Sequence record: PZ386969.1 | Strand: one strand, 5' to 3' | DNA: 64,000 nucleotides | From: a phage | In this document: positions 1-9,024 of the stretch, one piece after another | Layout of the letters: every line of letters starts with the position of its first letter | Position numbering within the stretch: the stretch's first letter is position 1 | Translations under genes and position numbers: made by a program | The notes under the pieces: generated by a model | Told to the model about the DNA's origin: nothing | Seen by the model: the letters and a program-made list of their open reading frames with translations, nothing else | Database searches by the model: none

Positions 1-304
1 CGCCAAGGCGTGTGTGGGCTACAACCGTCTGGTTGAGAAGAACGAAGATCTGGGTCTACCGATGATCGAGTCGGGTGATAAGGTACAGATGGTGTTGTTG
101 AAGCCGGGCAACCCGTTTGGGCAGAACTACTTTGCATATCCTGAGTTCTTCCCTGAGGAGCTTGGTCTGGGCAAATGGGTGGATTATCAGGCGGCCTTTG
201 AGAAGTCCTTCATTGATCCGATTCAGTCTATCCTCGACGTGGTCGGCTGGTCACACAAGCGCCGTGTGAACCTTCTTGCCATGATGCAAAAGAAGAAAGG
301 TTGA
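1..304 (+). CDS. C-terminal fragment of a protein that starts upstream of the window
   Basis: Reading frame is open from position 2 to the stop at 302-304; the M at 14 is internal; no start visible in window. Confidence 0.5.
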   Translation, partial: AKACVGYNRLVEKNEDLGLPMIESGDKVQMVLLKPGNPFGQNYFAYPEFFPEELGLGKWVDYQAAFEKSFIDPIQSILDVVGWSHKRRVNLLAMMQKKKG

Positions 305-330
305 TTCAATAAACCAAAGGGGGATATAAT
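305..330 (+). promoter_or_regulatory. Promoter-like motif TTCAATAAA-N11-TATAAT; the -10 lies in the loop of hairpin AGGGGGA/TCCCCCT
   Basis: TTCAAT 305-310, TATAAT 325-330, inverted repeat 318-324/331-337; about 30 nt upstream of ATG 367. Confidence 0.5.
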
Positions 331-366
331 TCCCCCTGTTAACCCTTTGACAAACAGGTGATTGAA

Positions 367-708
367 ATGAAACTCAATAAGATTCTTCTGGTGTGCGCTC
401 TGGCTTTCTCTACCACTGCGTGTTCCACCCTTCTGGACGTTGCGTCTACTGTAGACCTTGACGCGCCGACGTTCACCAATGAGCAGGCTGTGTCCAAGAT
501 GGAAGACACCATTAAGGCGCATGCGGCGTTGGATAACGCCACCCCAGGTCCGCTCCAAACTGTCTGCAACTATGACGATTCCATCCAGGAAGACGAAACT
601 TACCACTGCATCACCTACGTGAAGCAGGCCTCCGTCGTTCTGTATGCAGATTGTACCGAAGAACAGTGTGTTGCTACAGGCTACGATAAAGTTGAGGAAG
701 ACAAATGA
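367..708 (+). CDS. Putative lipoprotein
   Basis: ATG at 367 preceded by AGGTGA; N-terminal hydrophobic signal ending in a lipobox-like ...STTAC; track start 358 is a GTG in the same frame. Confidence 0.55.
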   Translation: MKLNKILLVCALAFSTTACSTLLDVASTVDLDAPTFTNEQAVSKMEDTIKAHAALDNATPGPLQTVCNYDDSIQEDETYHCITYVKQASVVLYADCTEEQCVATGYDKVEEDK

Positions 709-1484
709 ACAACCTGGTTTGTATCTATGATATGAAATCAAAGGTCGGTGGCCTGTATCGCGTCCTCGTGGATGTTGACCTGACGTTGGTCGACAGCCTC
801 TCCCCTTGGGTGCAGTGGTTTAACGAAGAGAACATCGCCGCCGCTGCTATCGCTACGGGGGAACATAAGTCATACCAGTTCCAGCCGATTACCAAAGAGT
901 GTTATATGTCCCATGCTGGCGACCTGGCTATTCTGATGCGTGAACGTGCGCATCCGGCGTGGCTATACCATGAAGTCCAATTGGGGATGCACAAACAACG
1001 TGTGCCAAGCGGTAACGATCCTATGGACTGGTGGCGTCGCCCTGACTTGTACGCCAAGATGAACCCGCTCCCCGGCGCTTACGAGTTCCTGGTAAATCTG
1101 AAGGATATCTTGCTTGAAGATTTCGACAATGTTGAATTCATCGCAGTGTCCAAGTGCGAGCCGGAACACGAGCGCAGCAAGCGTCAGTTTGTCTATGACA
1201 AGTTCCCTGGTATCTTCAACGGGTTTGTCAGCACCGACGAAAAGCATCTGCTGGCTGGCGATGTCCTGATTGATGACAATCCGAAGTATGTCGAGCCGTG
1301 CGGCCTGAACAACATCTTTGTCATCTTTGTTCCTCAGGGCAATTATGAAAAACTGGATCTTTCGAATTCGGAAGACATGCTTTATATTAAACCAGTAGAA
1401 GGCCAGAATCACTTCGACTTCCTGAATTACAATATTGTTGAAGTGGTTAACCGCCTGATTAGTCATTATCAATACGTCCGATAG
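705..1484 (+). CDS. HAD-superfamily phosphatase (5'-nucleotidase / polynucleotide 3'-phosphatase-like)
   Basis: DxDxT motif (VDVDLTLVD) near N-terminus and downstream GDVLIDDN motif typical of HAD phosphatases; ATGA start/stop overlap with upstream gene. Confidence 0.6.
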   Translation: MNNLVCIYDMKSKVGGLYRVLVDVDLTLVDSLSPWVQWFNEENIAAAAIATGEHKSYQFQPITKECYMSHAGDLAILMRERAHPAWLYHEVQLGMHKQRVPSGNDPMDWWRRPDLYAKMNPLPGAYEFLVNLKDILLEDFDNVEFIAVSKCEPEHERSKRQFVYDKFPGIFNGFVSTDEKHLLAGDVLIDDNPKYVEPCGLNNIFVIFVPQGNYEKLDLSNSEDMLYIKPVEGQNHFDFLNYNIVEVVNRLISHYQYVR

Positions 1485-1493
1485 GAGGACATC

Positions 1494-1799
1494 GTGCAAG
1501 AACAATCCAAGTTTGGGGAAACCCCAGACAAGCGTTCCGGTGATAGCGACATGGATAGCGTGATTAACCATGTGAACAACTTCATTCGCCAGCAGGAGAC
1601 TCCAACTCCTATCGGTGCAGCCAAGGCTCTTCATGATGTACTGGTGAAGATCGGCCAGCGCTCTGAAGCGGATGAAATCTTCTATAACTTTGACGACCAG
1701 TATAAAGTTAAGTTTGAAGAGAATGGCCGCCCACAGGTTGCTGTGTTCTGGGCACCTTGGTTGGGCGGCGTGAGCTGGCGTATTGAGGATGCTGTGTAA
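1494..1799 (+). CDS. Hypothetical protein
   Basis: GTG start preceded by AGGAGG; stop overlaps next start. Confidence 0.45.
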   Translation: MQEQSKFGETPDKRSGDSDMDSVINHVNNFIRQQETPTPIGAAKALHDVLVKIGQRSEADEIFYNFDDQYKVKFEENGRPQVAVFWAPWLGGVSWRIEDAV

Positions 1800-2704
1800 T
1801 GGCAAAAATTATCGTAGTGAAAGGAACCAGCGGTACGGGTAAGGGCACCCGTGTTGTCCAGTTCATCGAATGGCTGCGCACTAAGCTGGAGCCTACCGAA
1901 CTGACCTACACCGTTGGTGACAAGACTCGCCCGTTTGGCCTGAAGTTCGGAGAGCTGAAGTTAATCTTCGTTGGGCAGTACACCGTGTCTAACAAATCCG
2001 GTCTGGCTTCTTGGACGTCGATGGACGCCATTCATGCTGCTACAGGCTCAGGCGATATTGCTCGTGATCTAATCAAGTGCTGGTTGGTTCAGGGATACAC
2101 TCTGGTGTGTGAGGGCGAACCTCTCATGCTATCGGACAAATGGCGTCCTGAATGGATGTTCAAGAACTATCCGATTGAATCATTGGCGCTGCTGTACTTT
2201 GCGTACCCCGACCGCTATCAGTACGATGCTCGTATCCGTGGTCGATCTGGTAAAGAAGCAGGGAACTCCGGCTGGTCGCGCAACGAATCTTACTACAAGG
2301 AGTTTGAGAAGTCGAAGGCCGAAATGCTGGCACTGGGGTGGAACGTTTTGGCAGATGTGTACAGCGGACAGGATGTTGAGTACATGAAACCTTCTCCAAA
2401 TGAGTGGGAAATGGACCCACGCAGCGAGCTGGCAGTCATGCCGTTTGATGCCCCTCTTTGGGTTGTTGGGGATGCTATCGCTTATCAGATGGATATCGGT
2501 GTGGTCGACCTTGACATCAAAGACTTCTATGCTTTCTGTGAAACCAATCCGATGACTCGTGAAATCGGCGGCCAAGATCCTTTGGCGCACAGAGTCCCTG
2601 AGAAGCCGCAGAAGGCATCCAAAACTAAAACCAAGGCGAGCGCCCAGCCAGAAGCAACGAAGGCAGCGTCGCGCTCTCTCCTTGACCTGATGAAGAAGGG
2701 GTGA
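1799..2704 (+). CDS. P-loop NTPase / kinase-like protein
   Basis: Walker A VVKGTSGTGKGT at N-terminus; lysine-rich C-terminal tail; paralogue-like to 45264-45935. Confidence 0.55.
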   Translation: MAKIIVVKGTSGTGKGTRVVQFIEWLRTKLEPTELTYTVGDKTRPFGLKFGELKLIFVGQYTVSNKSGLASWTSMDAIHAATGSGDIARDLIKCWLVQGYTLVCEGEPLMLSDKWRPEWMFKNYPIESLALLYFAYPDRYQYDARIRGRSGKEAGNSGWSRNESYYKEFEKSKAEMLALGWNVLADVYSGQDVEYMKPSPNEWEMDPRSELAVMPFDAPLWVVGDAIAYQMDIGVVDLDIKDFYAFCETNPMTREIGGQDPLAHRVPEKPQKASKTKTKASAQPEATKAASRSLLDLMKKG

Positions 2705-2706
2705 TC

Positions 2707-2904
2707 ATGAAACGGTTGTCTAATTATCTGTTGTTCATTGGTCTGGTTATGGCAGCCGTTTCAATGTGTACTGCCCTAGCCTATCATTTCACCCCTCTGG
2801 ACTTAACAACCTCAGAGAAGTTGAACGTGACTGTGATGTACTGTATTGGCGCGGTGATGTCTATCGGCGCTGCTGGTTACAAAATATTCAAGGAACCAAA
2901 ATGA
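2707..2904 (+). CDS. Small membrane protein
   Basis: ATG at 2707 in frame with track ORF 2701; two hydrophobic segments. Confidence 0.4.
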   Translation: MKRLSNYLLFIGLVMAAVSMCTALAYHFTPLDLTTSEKLNVTVMYCIGAVMSIGAAGYKIFKEPK

Positions 2905-3278
2905 AAATTCAAATCCCTCGCGATGCTGTGGCTGTTGCGATTGACTACACCGGAAACGCCAAGCACATTACTGCCGTGCGCCTGATTCCTGAAAAGAACT
3001 GCGTCATCCCTCAGTTCCAGCTGAATGCCAATCCGTCGTCCAAAGACTTCGGTAAGTGGTTGCAGGCTGCTCCGTTCCGTACCCAGACGAATGCCCAGAT
3101 GTTCATCTCGGGTAAGACCCACACTGTAGCCCGTCTTTGGTTTGTGACCGCCGACCGCCGCTTCATCGATATGTGGGAACGTCCGATGGGGTTCGTGAAG
3201 CCGGAAGATATTCAGCTGGCTCCTGAGCCTGAAGCTGTGGCTCCTGAAGAGGAAGCGAAAGATGCATCATTTATCTAA
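2901..3278 (+). CDS. Hypothetical protein
   Basis: ATG at 2901 in ATGA overlap with previous stop, preceded by AGGAA; same frame as track ORF 2766. Confidence 0.45.
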   Translation: MKIQIPRDAVAVAIDYTGNAKHITAVRLIPEKNCVIPQFQLNANPSSKDFGKWLQAAPFRTQTNAQMFISGKTHTVARLWFVTADRRFIDMWERPMGFVKPEDIQLAPEPEAVAPEEEAKDASFI

Positions 3279-4500
3279 AATGCCGACGGGTTATACGCCT
3301 CCGGCTGAATGGAAGTACCCGATTGACCTGGCTGTTGATTATCGCAAGCCTGAGAATCGCATGTACCTGCTCAAGGCTTGGGTGGAGGCGCTGTCCTACA
3401 CAGAAGAGCACAACCAGCAGATGCGTCTGATGGACTATGCGATCGAAGTCACTGAAGGCATCAGCCTCGAACAGAAAGTCGAGCGCAAGATCTGGATGGC
3501 ATTCCTGTGGGGTTGTTGCTATAACGCCGTCGGACCGTGGACGATCTACAGTGAGTTCCCTGTGCCGCCTCAGTCTAAGGAAGAGATGCAGCGCTTCTCT
3601 GATTGGTATAATCTGAACTTTGAACGCATGCGATTCGATACCGACTGTCGCTACCGCAAGTCCAAGATGATTCCGTGTGTTCAGTCCTATATTGACTGGC
3701 TGGCTGGCCGTACTCAATATGACGCTTTCCGTGGGATGTTGGTGTGCATCGATAAGACAGAACAATTCACCCAGCTGTGGGACACGGCGATGTCCTGGAA
3801 ATACTTCGGTCGCCTGAGCGCCTGGAACTTCCTGGAAGCCCTGAACATGGTCTTCGGGAACGAATACACCATTGACGTCCCTGGCTTCATGCTGCGTGAT
3901 CGTGATGGAAGCGAGTCCAACCGTAATGGCGCGGCGTTCTTGTCCAACCGTGACGATTGGGTGACTAAACACGGGAAGAAAAAGATCAACGGTTGTCCTA
4001 TCACGGATGAAGAGTGTGACATCCTTGAGGCCGACCTTGAGCAGGCGTTCCAGGATTGTGTGGCTGAGTTCGGGCACCTGACGTTCATCAACCGCCTGAA
4101 CTTTGAAACCTCCGGTGCTTGTTGGCTGAAGAAATTCTTCCGACTGAAGAATACCCGTTACATCGGGTGGGACGCAGAGCGTACCTGGGATGAGATAGAC
4201 TACATGGAACGCGTCTGGCCTGAATACTCCTGCGCAGCGCTCTGGGAAGCCCGTTCGCTCTGGCTGCCAGATACCCTGTTATGTGAAAAGGCTCCTGCAG
4301 GGCACGTTCCAGGCGTCCAGAAGTGGAAGATGCCTGTATTCTTTGAGACTGGTGTTCCTCTGCATATCTGGCACCTGCAAAAGGGTACGCGCTGGGAACC
4401 ATCCGAGGTATGTACGAACCTGAAGATGCCTGTGCGCAAGGTTGAGGACAAGCAGCCGCGCAAACATAGCGTCAACCTCATGACACTCTTGAAACGCTGA
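3262..4500 (+). CDS. Hypothetical protein (412 aa)
   Basis: Long ORF, start preceded by GAGGAAG; no family recognised by eye. Confidence 0.6.
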   Translation: MHHLSKMPTGYTPPAEWKYPIDLAVDYRKPENRMYLLKAWVEALSYTEEHNQQMRLMDYAIEVTEGISLEQKVERKIWMAFLWGCCYNAVGPWTIYSEFPVPPQSKEEMQRFSDWYNLNFERMRFDTDCRYRKSKMIPCVQSYIDWLAGRTQYDAFRGMLVCIDKTEQFTQLWDTAMSWKYFGRLSAWNFLEALNMVFGNEYTIDVPGFMLRDRDGSESNRNGAAFLSNRDDWVTKHGKKKINGCPITDEECDILEADLEQAFQDCVAEFGHLTFINRLNFETSGACWLKKFFRLKNTRYIGWDAERTWDEIDYMERVWPEYSCAALWEARSLWLPDTLLCEKAPAGHVPGVQKWKMPVFFETGVPLHIWHLQKGTRWEPSEVCTNLKMPVRKVEDKQPRKHSVNLMTLLKR

Positions 4501-4508
4501 TATAAATA
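4501..4508 (+). promoter_or_regulatory. T4 late-promoter-like TATAAATA
   Basis: Exact TATAAATA, followed by inverted repeat ATCCTC...GAGGAT and ATG 4537. Confidence 0.35.
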
Positions 4509-4536
4509 TCCTCGCCTATAAAGTGAGGATATTATC

Positions 4537-4704
4537 ATGTTACAAGATCTGTTGGTGTACGCGCTTCCTGGCGTTGTTGTCGGTTTCGTAGCTGGTGCTC
4601 TGGTCTTCCGTAAACACGCGCAAGACGGTGAAGTGATTGTTCAGAAGGGTAAGGACATCCTGGAACAAATCGAAGCCAAGCTGGAAGAGCTGAAGAAAAA
4701 GTAA
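4537..4704 (+). CDS. Small membrane protein (55 aa, not in ORF track)
   Basis: ATG 4537 to TAA 4702-4704 translated by hand: hydrophobic N-terminus then charged coiled tail; below the track size cut-off. Confidence 0.35.
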   Translation: MLQDLLVYALPGVVVGFVAGALVFRKHAQDGEVIVQKGKDILEQIEAKLEELKKK

Positions 4705-4724
4705 TCTGACTGCGGATTGCGTTC

Positions 4725-4750
4725 TTCAATAAAGGGGAATGGGTTAATAT
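4725..4750 (+). promoter_or_regulatory. Promoter-like motif TTCAATAAA-N11-TAATAT overlapping terminator hairpin
   Basis: TTCAAT 4725-4730, -10-like 4745-4750 in loop of hairpin 4734-4763. Confidence 0.45.
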
Positions 4751-4772
4751 TAGCCCGTTCCCCTTTCTTTTT
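4734..4772 (+). terminator. Rho-independent terminator
   Basis: 10-bp stem GGGGAATGGG/CCCGTTCCCC (one G-U) followed by TTTCTTTTT. Confidence 0.6.
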
Positions 4773-4786
4773 GCAAGGATTGATTT

Positions 4787-4978
4787 ATGACACCTCAATA
4801 CAAAATATTGGTCACCAGCCGTTGTTATGCTTATGGACAGGGTGAAGCAATATCAGTACACACAGTTGTAGTTGATTTTGAAAACAAAGAACAAGCAGAT
4901 TTGGCATTCTATAATATGCAGCAGAGCACAGCTCCTGCCGATATTGGCGTTAAACAAGTTTATACGAAATTATACTGA
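4787..4978 (+). CDS. Hypothetical protein
   Basis: ORF following terminator/promoter element. Confidence 0.4.
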   Translation: MTPQYKILVTSRCYAYGQGEAISVHTVVVDFENKEQADLAFYNMQQSTAPADIGVKQVYTKLY

Positions 4979-4989
4979 GGTCCTATATC

Positions 4990-5202
4990 ATGGCAATGCA
5001 ACGAATTGAAGACATGTCTGCGCTCGATATGGAAGCGACTTTTGGTGATTACTTTGAGTCCACCCCAAAACAAAAAGAACCTCTGGTTGGTCGTTTGGTT
5101 GTTTCTGAAGCGTTCGCCCAGAAGGTTCGCGAAGGTCTTCCTGCAGAATATAGTTGTTTCCGTAATGGCGCTCCTGTTATCGTCATGGGAGAATCTAAAT
5201 GA
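4990..5202 (+). CDS. Hypothetical protein
   Basis: ORF with GAGG upstream; tight spacing to next gene. Confidence 0.45.
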   Translation: MAMQRIEDMSALDMEATFGDYFESTPKQKEPLVGRLVVSEAFAQKVREGLPAEYSCFRNGAPVIVMGESK

Positions 5203-5585
5203 CACAGTCCGAATACAAACAGTACCTGTACGATCTGTTCATGAAAGAAACGGATGGTACACTCCACCCTAAGAAAGCCACTATCGTCGCGTTGCATTCT
5301 GAAGGTAATTTGTCTATAGCATATATCCGAAAAGAACTCGATTTGTTGGGAATCGAATACGAAGACCACATCACGGATACACGTGCTTTAAAAAGAGCAA
5401 CAGCAATCGTTCTTCACACCGTTGCAACAATTATGCATCGCCACCATGTTTCTTTTGACGATGCAATAACTCCACAGTACCATGAAGAGCGTTGGGATTT
5501 GTTGTTAAAGAACGGTGCTAATCCTGAGCATAAAGATCAACTCCTTGGTATGACCAAGGCGCAGCTCGTCGGTGAATCCAAATGA
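5199..5585 (+). CDS. Hypothetical protein
   Basis: ATGA overlap with upstream and downstream genes. Confidence 0.5.
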   Translation: MTQSEYKQYLYDLFMKETDGTLHPKKATIVALHSEGNLSIAYIRKELDLLGIEYEDHITDTRALKRATAIVLHTVATIMHRHHVSFDDAITPQYHEERWDLLLKNGANPEHKDQLLGMTKAQLVGESK

Positions 5586-6697
5586 TCTACCTCCTGTTTG
5601 GTGTGCCATTGGTACTGGCTATCCTCTTTGTGACCTACCACCGCAAGACCCATGAGCCGAAAGAGACTCTGATTGCGACGGCGATTGTGGTGGTGCTGTC
5701 CTGTCTGATTCAGGTCGGGGCTTATGCTGCGTTCTCCCTCGGCAGTTCAGGGGACGTTGAGATCCTGAACGGGTACGTCACTGCAAAGGAGCGGAATAAG
5801 GTGAGCTGTGAGCATTCATATGAATGTATGTGCTATTACACAACATCTTGTACAGGTTCAGGAAATAACCGATCTTGTACACAAACGCGTCATTGCAGCA
5901 CATGCTATGAGCACTCTTATGACGTTGATTGGGATGTATTAACAACCGTCGGCGATCTGAGCATTGACCGTATTGATCGTCAGGGTACTACAGAGCCTCC
6001 GCGTTGGACACAAGTTAAAATCGGGGAACCTGTGGCACGTGAACATTCATATATGAATTATGTGCTGGGTAACAAAGACTCTCTGTTCTCTCGTTCAGAC
6101 CAGCAGTTTGCTGAGCGCTTCAAAGACAAGATTCCGAAGTATCCCGAAGTCTATGACTACTATCGCGTCACTCGTGTACTGAATGTGTCTGGTCTGGCGT
6201 TACCGACCACATACTGGAACGATTATCTGAATGATGCCCTGAAGAAGCTGGGCGCAGCCAAGCAGGTGAACATCGTCTGGGTTGTGACTTCCGGGCAGCC
6301 AGTTGAATACTTCCAGGGCTTGGTCTATGCTTGGGATGGTGGTAAAAAGAACGACGTTATCGTCGTGACCGACATCAACAAAGACCTGAAGATCAACTGG
6401 GGTAAGAGCACTTCGTTCGCTGATGGTATGCACAACCGTGAACTCCATTCTCGCAATGGCATGGCTCTCACAGGCCACGACATGGGTGTCGGTGTCATGG
6501 CTGATGTTGTCACTAACATCACCAAAGGCTACAACCGCGTTGAGATGAAGGAAATGGAGTACCTGAAGTGGCGGGAACTCAAGACCTGGGAAGTTGTGGT
6601 TGTTGTTCTGCTGGGCTGCTTACCATTCACCGCAATTTTCATATTACAGCGAATGGAGTACAATGGTGGCCGTCGTCGTTATCCGTTTAATTTTTAA
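5582..6697 (+). CDS. Membrane protein with cysteine-rich extracytoplasmic segment
   Basis: N-terminal and C-terminal hydrophobic helices; Cys cluster CEHSYECMCYYTTSCTGSGNNRSCTQTRHCSTCYEH. Confidence 0.55.
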   Translation: MIYLLFGVPLVLAILFVTYHRKTHEPKETLIATAIVVVLSCLIQVGAYAAFSLGSSGDVEILNGYVTAKERNKVSCEHSYECMCYYTTSCTGSGNNRSCTQTRHCSTCYEHSYDVDWDVLTTVGDLSIDRIDRQGTTEPPRWTQVKIGEPVAREHSYMNYVLGNKDSLFSRSDQQFAERFKDKIPKYPEVYDYYRVTRVLNVSGLALPTTYWNDYLNDALKKLGAAKQVNIVWVVTSGQPVEYFQGLVYAWDGGKKNDVIVVTDINKDLKINWGKSTSFADGMHNRELHSRNGMALTGHDMGVGVMADVVTNITKGYNRVEMKEMEYLKWRELKTWEVVVVVLLGCLPFTAIFILQRMEYNGGRRRYPFNF

Positions 6698-6715
6698 TCA
6701 AAAGAGGAAGTAAGA

Positions 6716-7285
6716 ATGTCTCAATCTAAGGGTATCGCAACAGGTTGGATAGTTGGTTTGGCTTTGCTGGGTATAGTGATTCTCGGCATCAGTACAGTCA
6801 TCAGCTACTTCAACGACTTCAACCGCACTGAGCAGCAGGTCAAGAAGTTCAACAAAGACTCCGAGAACTACCTGAGCAACTACACGCTCAAAGTTCAGGA
6901 GACGGCGCAGATTCCTGACATGTATAAAGACGGCCTGAAGGAAGTGATCAAAGGCACGTTCGAAGGGCGTTATGGTGCTGATGGTTCCAAGGCCGTCATG
7001 CAGTGGATCCAGGAGCAGAATATTCAGTTCGATTCCAGCCTGTACAAAGAGATCCAGGTGGTGATCAGTTCTGGGCGTGATGAATTCCGCATCAGCCAGA
7101 CCAAGAAGCTGGATATCTGCACAATATACGAAACCAAGCTGGCTCAGTTCCCTGGTTCGTTGATTGCTGGCATGTTCGGCTACCCGCGCATCGACCTTGA
7201 CAAGACCTGCCAGGTGGTGAGTGATACCCGTACCCAGGCCGCGTTCGACGCTGGTATTCAGAAACCGATTAACTTCAAAGGCTGA
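6716..7285 (+). CDS. Membrane-anchored hypothetical protein
   Basis: Single N-terminal TM helix then soluble domain. Confidence 0.5.
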   Translation: MSQSKGIATGWIVGLALLGIVILGISTVISYFNDFNRTEQQVKKFNKDSENYLSNYTLKVQETAQIPDMYKDGLKEVIKGTFEGRYGADGSKAVMQWIQEQNIQFDSSLYKEIQVVISSGRDEFRISQTKKLDICTIYETKLAQFPGSLIAGMFGYPRIDLDKTCQVVSDTRTQAAFDAGIQKPINFKG

Positions 7286-7289
7286 TGTC

Positions 7290-7703
7290 ATGAGCGTGAA
7301 ACTCACTGAATCCCTGACACTGGACCAACAGCAGGCTCTGTTGGATGAAGTGGTGATCTCTGCTATCAAGCAAGGGATTATCAAAGACGACATGTTGATT
7401 GACCGCCCCGAGATGATCCATCATCTGGTGGTGTGCCTGGGTGAGGCCAGCAACCCTCGCAAGAAGATCGTGCTGTTTACTGATGGTGTGATCCTTCCGA
7501 GCGGGAAATGTGCGTTCTTGGATGTGGTTGAACATCCGAACACGAAAGGCAAAGAGGTCAAGACTTCTGTTCCGGTGACCCCATACACCGAGGGTGTTGA
7601 CCAGCTGTCTTGGTTTGAGACAATCAACACCATTTATGTGATGGCACCGGACGGTAAACCAGTTCGGGATCTACGAGGCGGCAAAGTAGAATCTGAAGAC
7701 TAA
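7290..7703 (+). CDS. Hypothetical protein
   Basis: ATG at 7290 (MSVKLTE) in frame with track ORF 7221, avoids overlap with previous gene. Confidence 0.45.
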   Translation: MSVKLTESLTLDQQQALLDEVVISAIKQGIIKDDMLIDRPEMIHHLVVCLGEASNPRKKIVLFTDGVILPSGKCAFLDVVEHPNTKGKEVKTSVPVTPYTEGVDQLSWFETINTIYVMAPDGKPVRDLRGGKVESED

Positions 7704-7709
7704 TCGTTC

Positions 7710-7735
7710 TTCAATAAAAGGGGATAGGGTATTAT
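7710..7735 (+). promoter_or_regulatory. Promoter-like motif TTCAATAAA-N11-TATTAT overlapping terminator hairpin
   Basis: TTCAAT 7710-7715, -10-like 7730-7735. Confidence 0.45.
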
Positions 7736-7751
7736 TGCTCTATCCCTTTTT
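7720..7751 (+). terminator. Rho-independent terminator
   Basis: Stem GGGATAG/CTATCCC with A-tract upstream and T-tract downstream. Confidence 0.55.
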
Positions 7752-7814
7752 CGTGGACAGGAACATGACAGACAAGCCAAGAAAGATGAAGAACAAACGC
7801 CGGAGCAAACGCTG

Positions 7815-8282
7815 ATGACTACCAAACCAACTTATGAAGAACTGGCGCAGACCGTTCTGACCTTCGACAGCACCCTGAAGAATCTGTACAAGGTGCTGGG
7901 AAAGAACCCGACTTCAGAGTCAGGAGAAACAGTTAATCTTCTGTTACTGCTGAACCCTCTGTGGGATATTGATGCCACTGTTGCTGCCACTGTTGCTGCC
8001 CTGAAAGATCCTGGGGAACAGGAACCGGAGCCAACCCCTGTATCCACTGGGATTCAGAAATACCTGGAGAACTTTGACGAGTACTCCTTCACCGATCTGC
8101 TCCTGCGTGATATGATCAACACAGAACGCCGTCGCCAGGGGAAGAACTGTCCTGTGGTCCAGTCTGATGAAGAAATCGAGCAGAGTGTTCGAGAAGATCT
8201 GAACAGCACCTACTCGCCGATCGATCTGGCTGTAATGATTGTTCAGGCACTGTCCTATGCTGCCAAGGGGGAAACGAAATGA
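7815..8282 (+). CDS. Hypothetical protein
   Basis: ORF after terminator; acidic protein. Confidence 0.5.
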   Translation: MTTKPTYEELAQTVLTFDSTLKNLYKVLGKNPTSESGETVNLLLLLNPLWDIDATVAATVAALKDPGEQEPEPTPVSTGIQKYLENFDEYSFTDLLLRDMINTERRRQGKNCPVVQSDEEIEQSVREDLNSTYSPIDLAVMIVQALSYAAKGETK

Positions 8283-8479
8283 AGAAATCATCTGCGGCTG
8301 TTGCTGCTATGCTAGCGCTGTCAGAAATGGAAATCGTCGCCGCGCATCGTGGTGATGATATGTGGGGGCGTCGTTACACTCAGGGTGGCACACCCGGCGA
8401 ACCGGGACATGGTCGTCCATCTGTAACCCGCAAGAAGAAGGCGAAGACCTATGGAAAGAACAAGCGCAAACGTAAGTGA
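8279..8479 (+). CDS. Small basic protein
   Basis: ATGA overlap; Lys/Arg-rich C-terminus. Confidence 0.35.
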   Translation: MKKSSAAVAAMLALSEMEIVAAHRGDDMWGRRYTQGGTPGEPGHGRPSVTRKKKAKTYGKNKRKRK

Positions 8480-8620
8480 GGAGCGCCTGAAGGATCTTTC
8501 TGTAGGCAATCCAAAGTTGGCCAGATCATGGGTGATGTTTGATGACCGACGAGATAATCTTCCTTCGAGCAGAGGTCGCTCGATTAAGTAAAACCGAACC
8601 CAAAAAGTAGAGGATATGTT

Positions 8621-8968
8621 ATGAGTTCTATTGAACAGCTGATCACCCCACAGTATGTGTACTCCAACATTGTTGAGCACCTGCGCTCACAGTTGAACGT
8701 GGGAACCCTGAGCAGCACTGAACTGAAAGATCTCCAGATCACCAAAGTGGAAGTGGCAGCGTTCGGTAGCCGTTATCATTTCAACGTGGATTATACCCGC
8801 ATTGAAGAAGAGAAGGCATCTATCATCGCACTGGCTACTCCAGTCAACCCACGCAAAGAGCCTGTGTCGGTCACTCGCACCATCATCGGCTATCTGGAAG
8901 AGAAGTTGGAACCTGGTGCCCAGCGCCCAACATTCGACTTCCAGGCGCGATTTGCCACCGAAGATTGA
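8621..8968 (+). CDS. Hypothetical protein
   Basis: ORF followed by terminator. Confidence 0.45.
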   Translation: MSSIEQLITPQYVYSNIVEHLRSQLNVGTLSSTELKDLQITKVEVAAFGSRYHFNVDYTRIEEEKASIIALATPVNPRKEPVSVTRTIIGYLEEKLEPGAQRPTFDFQARFATED

Positions 8969-8976
8969 TCTGAACA

Positions 8977-8999
8977 AAGCCCTCAGCCGAGGGCTTTTT
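8977..8999 (+). terminator. Rho-independent terminator
   Basis: Stem GCCCTC/GAGGGC loop AGCC followed by TTTTT. Confidence 0.65.
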
Positions 9000-9024
9000 C
9001 AATTGAAGACACCCACCGTATTAT
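8998..9024 (+). promoter_or_regulatory. Promoter-like motif TTCAAT-N15-TATTAT upstream of rIIA
   Basis: TTCAAT 8998-9003, TATTAT 9019-9024, about 50 nt upstream of ATG 9075. Confidence 0.4.
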
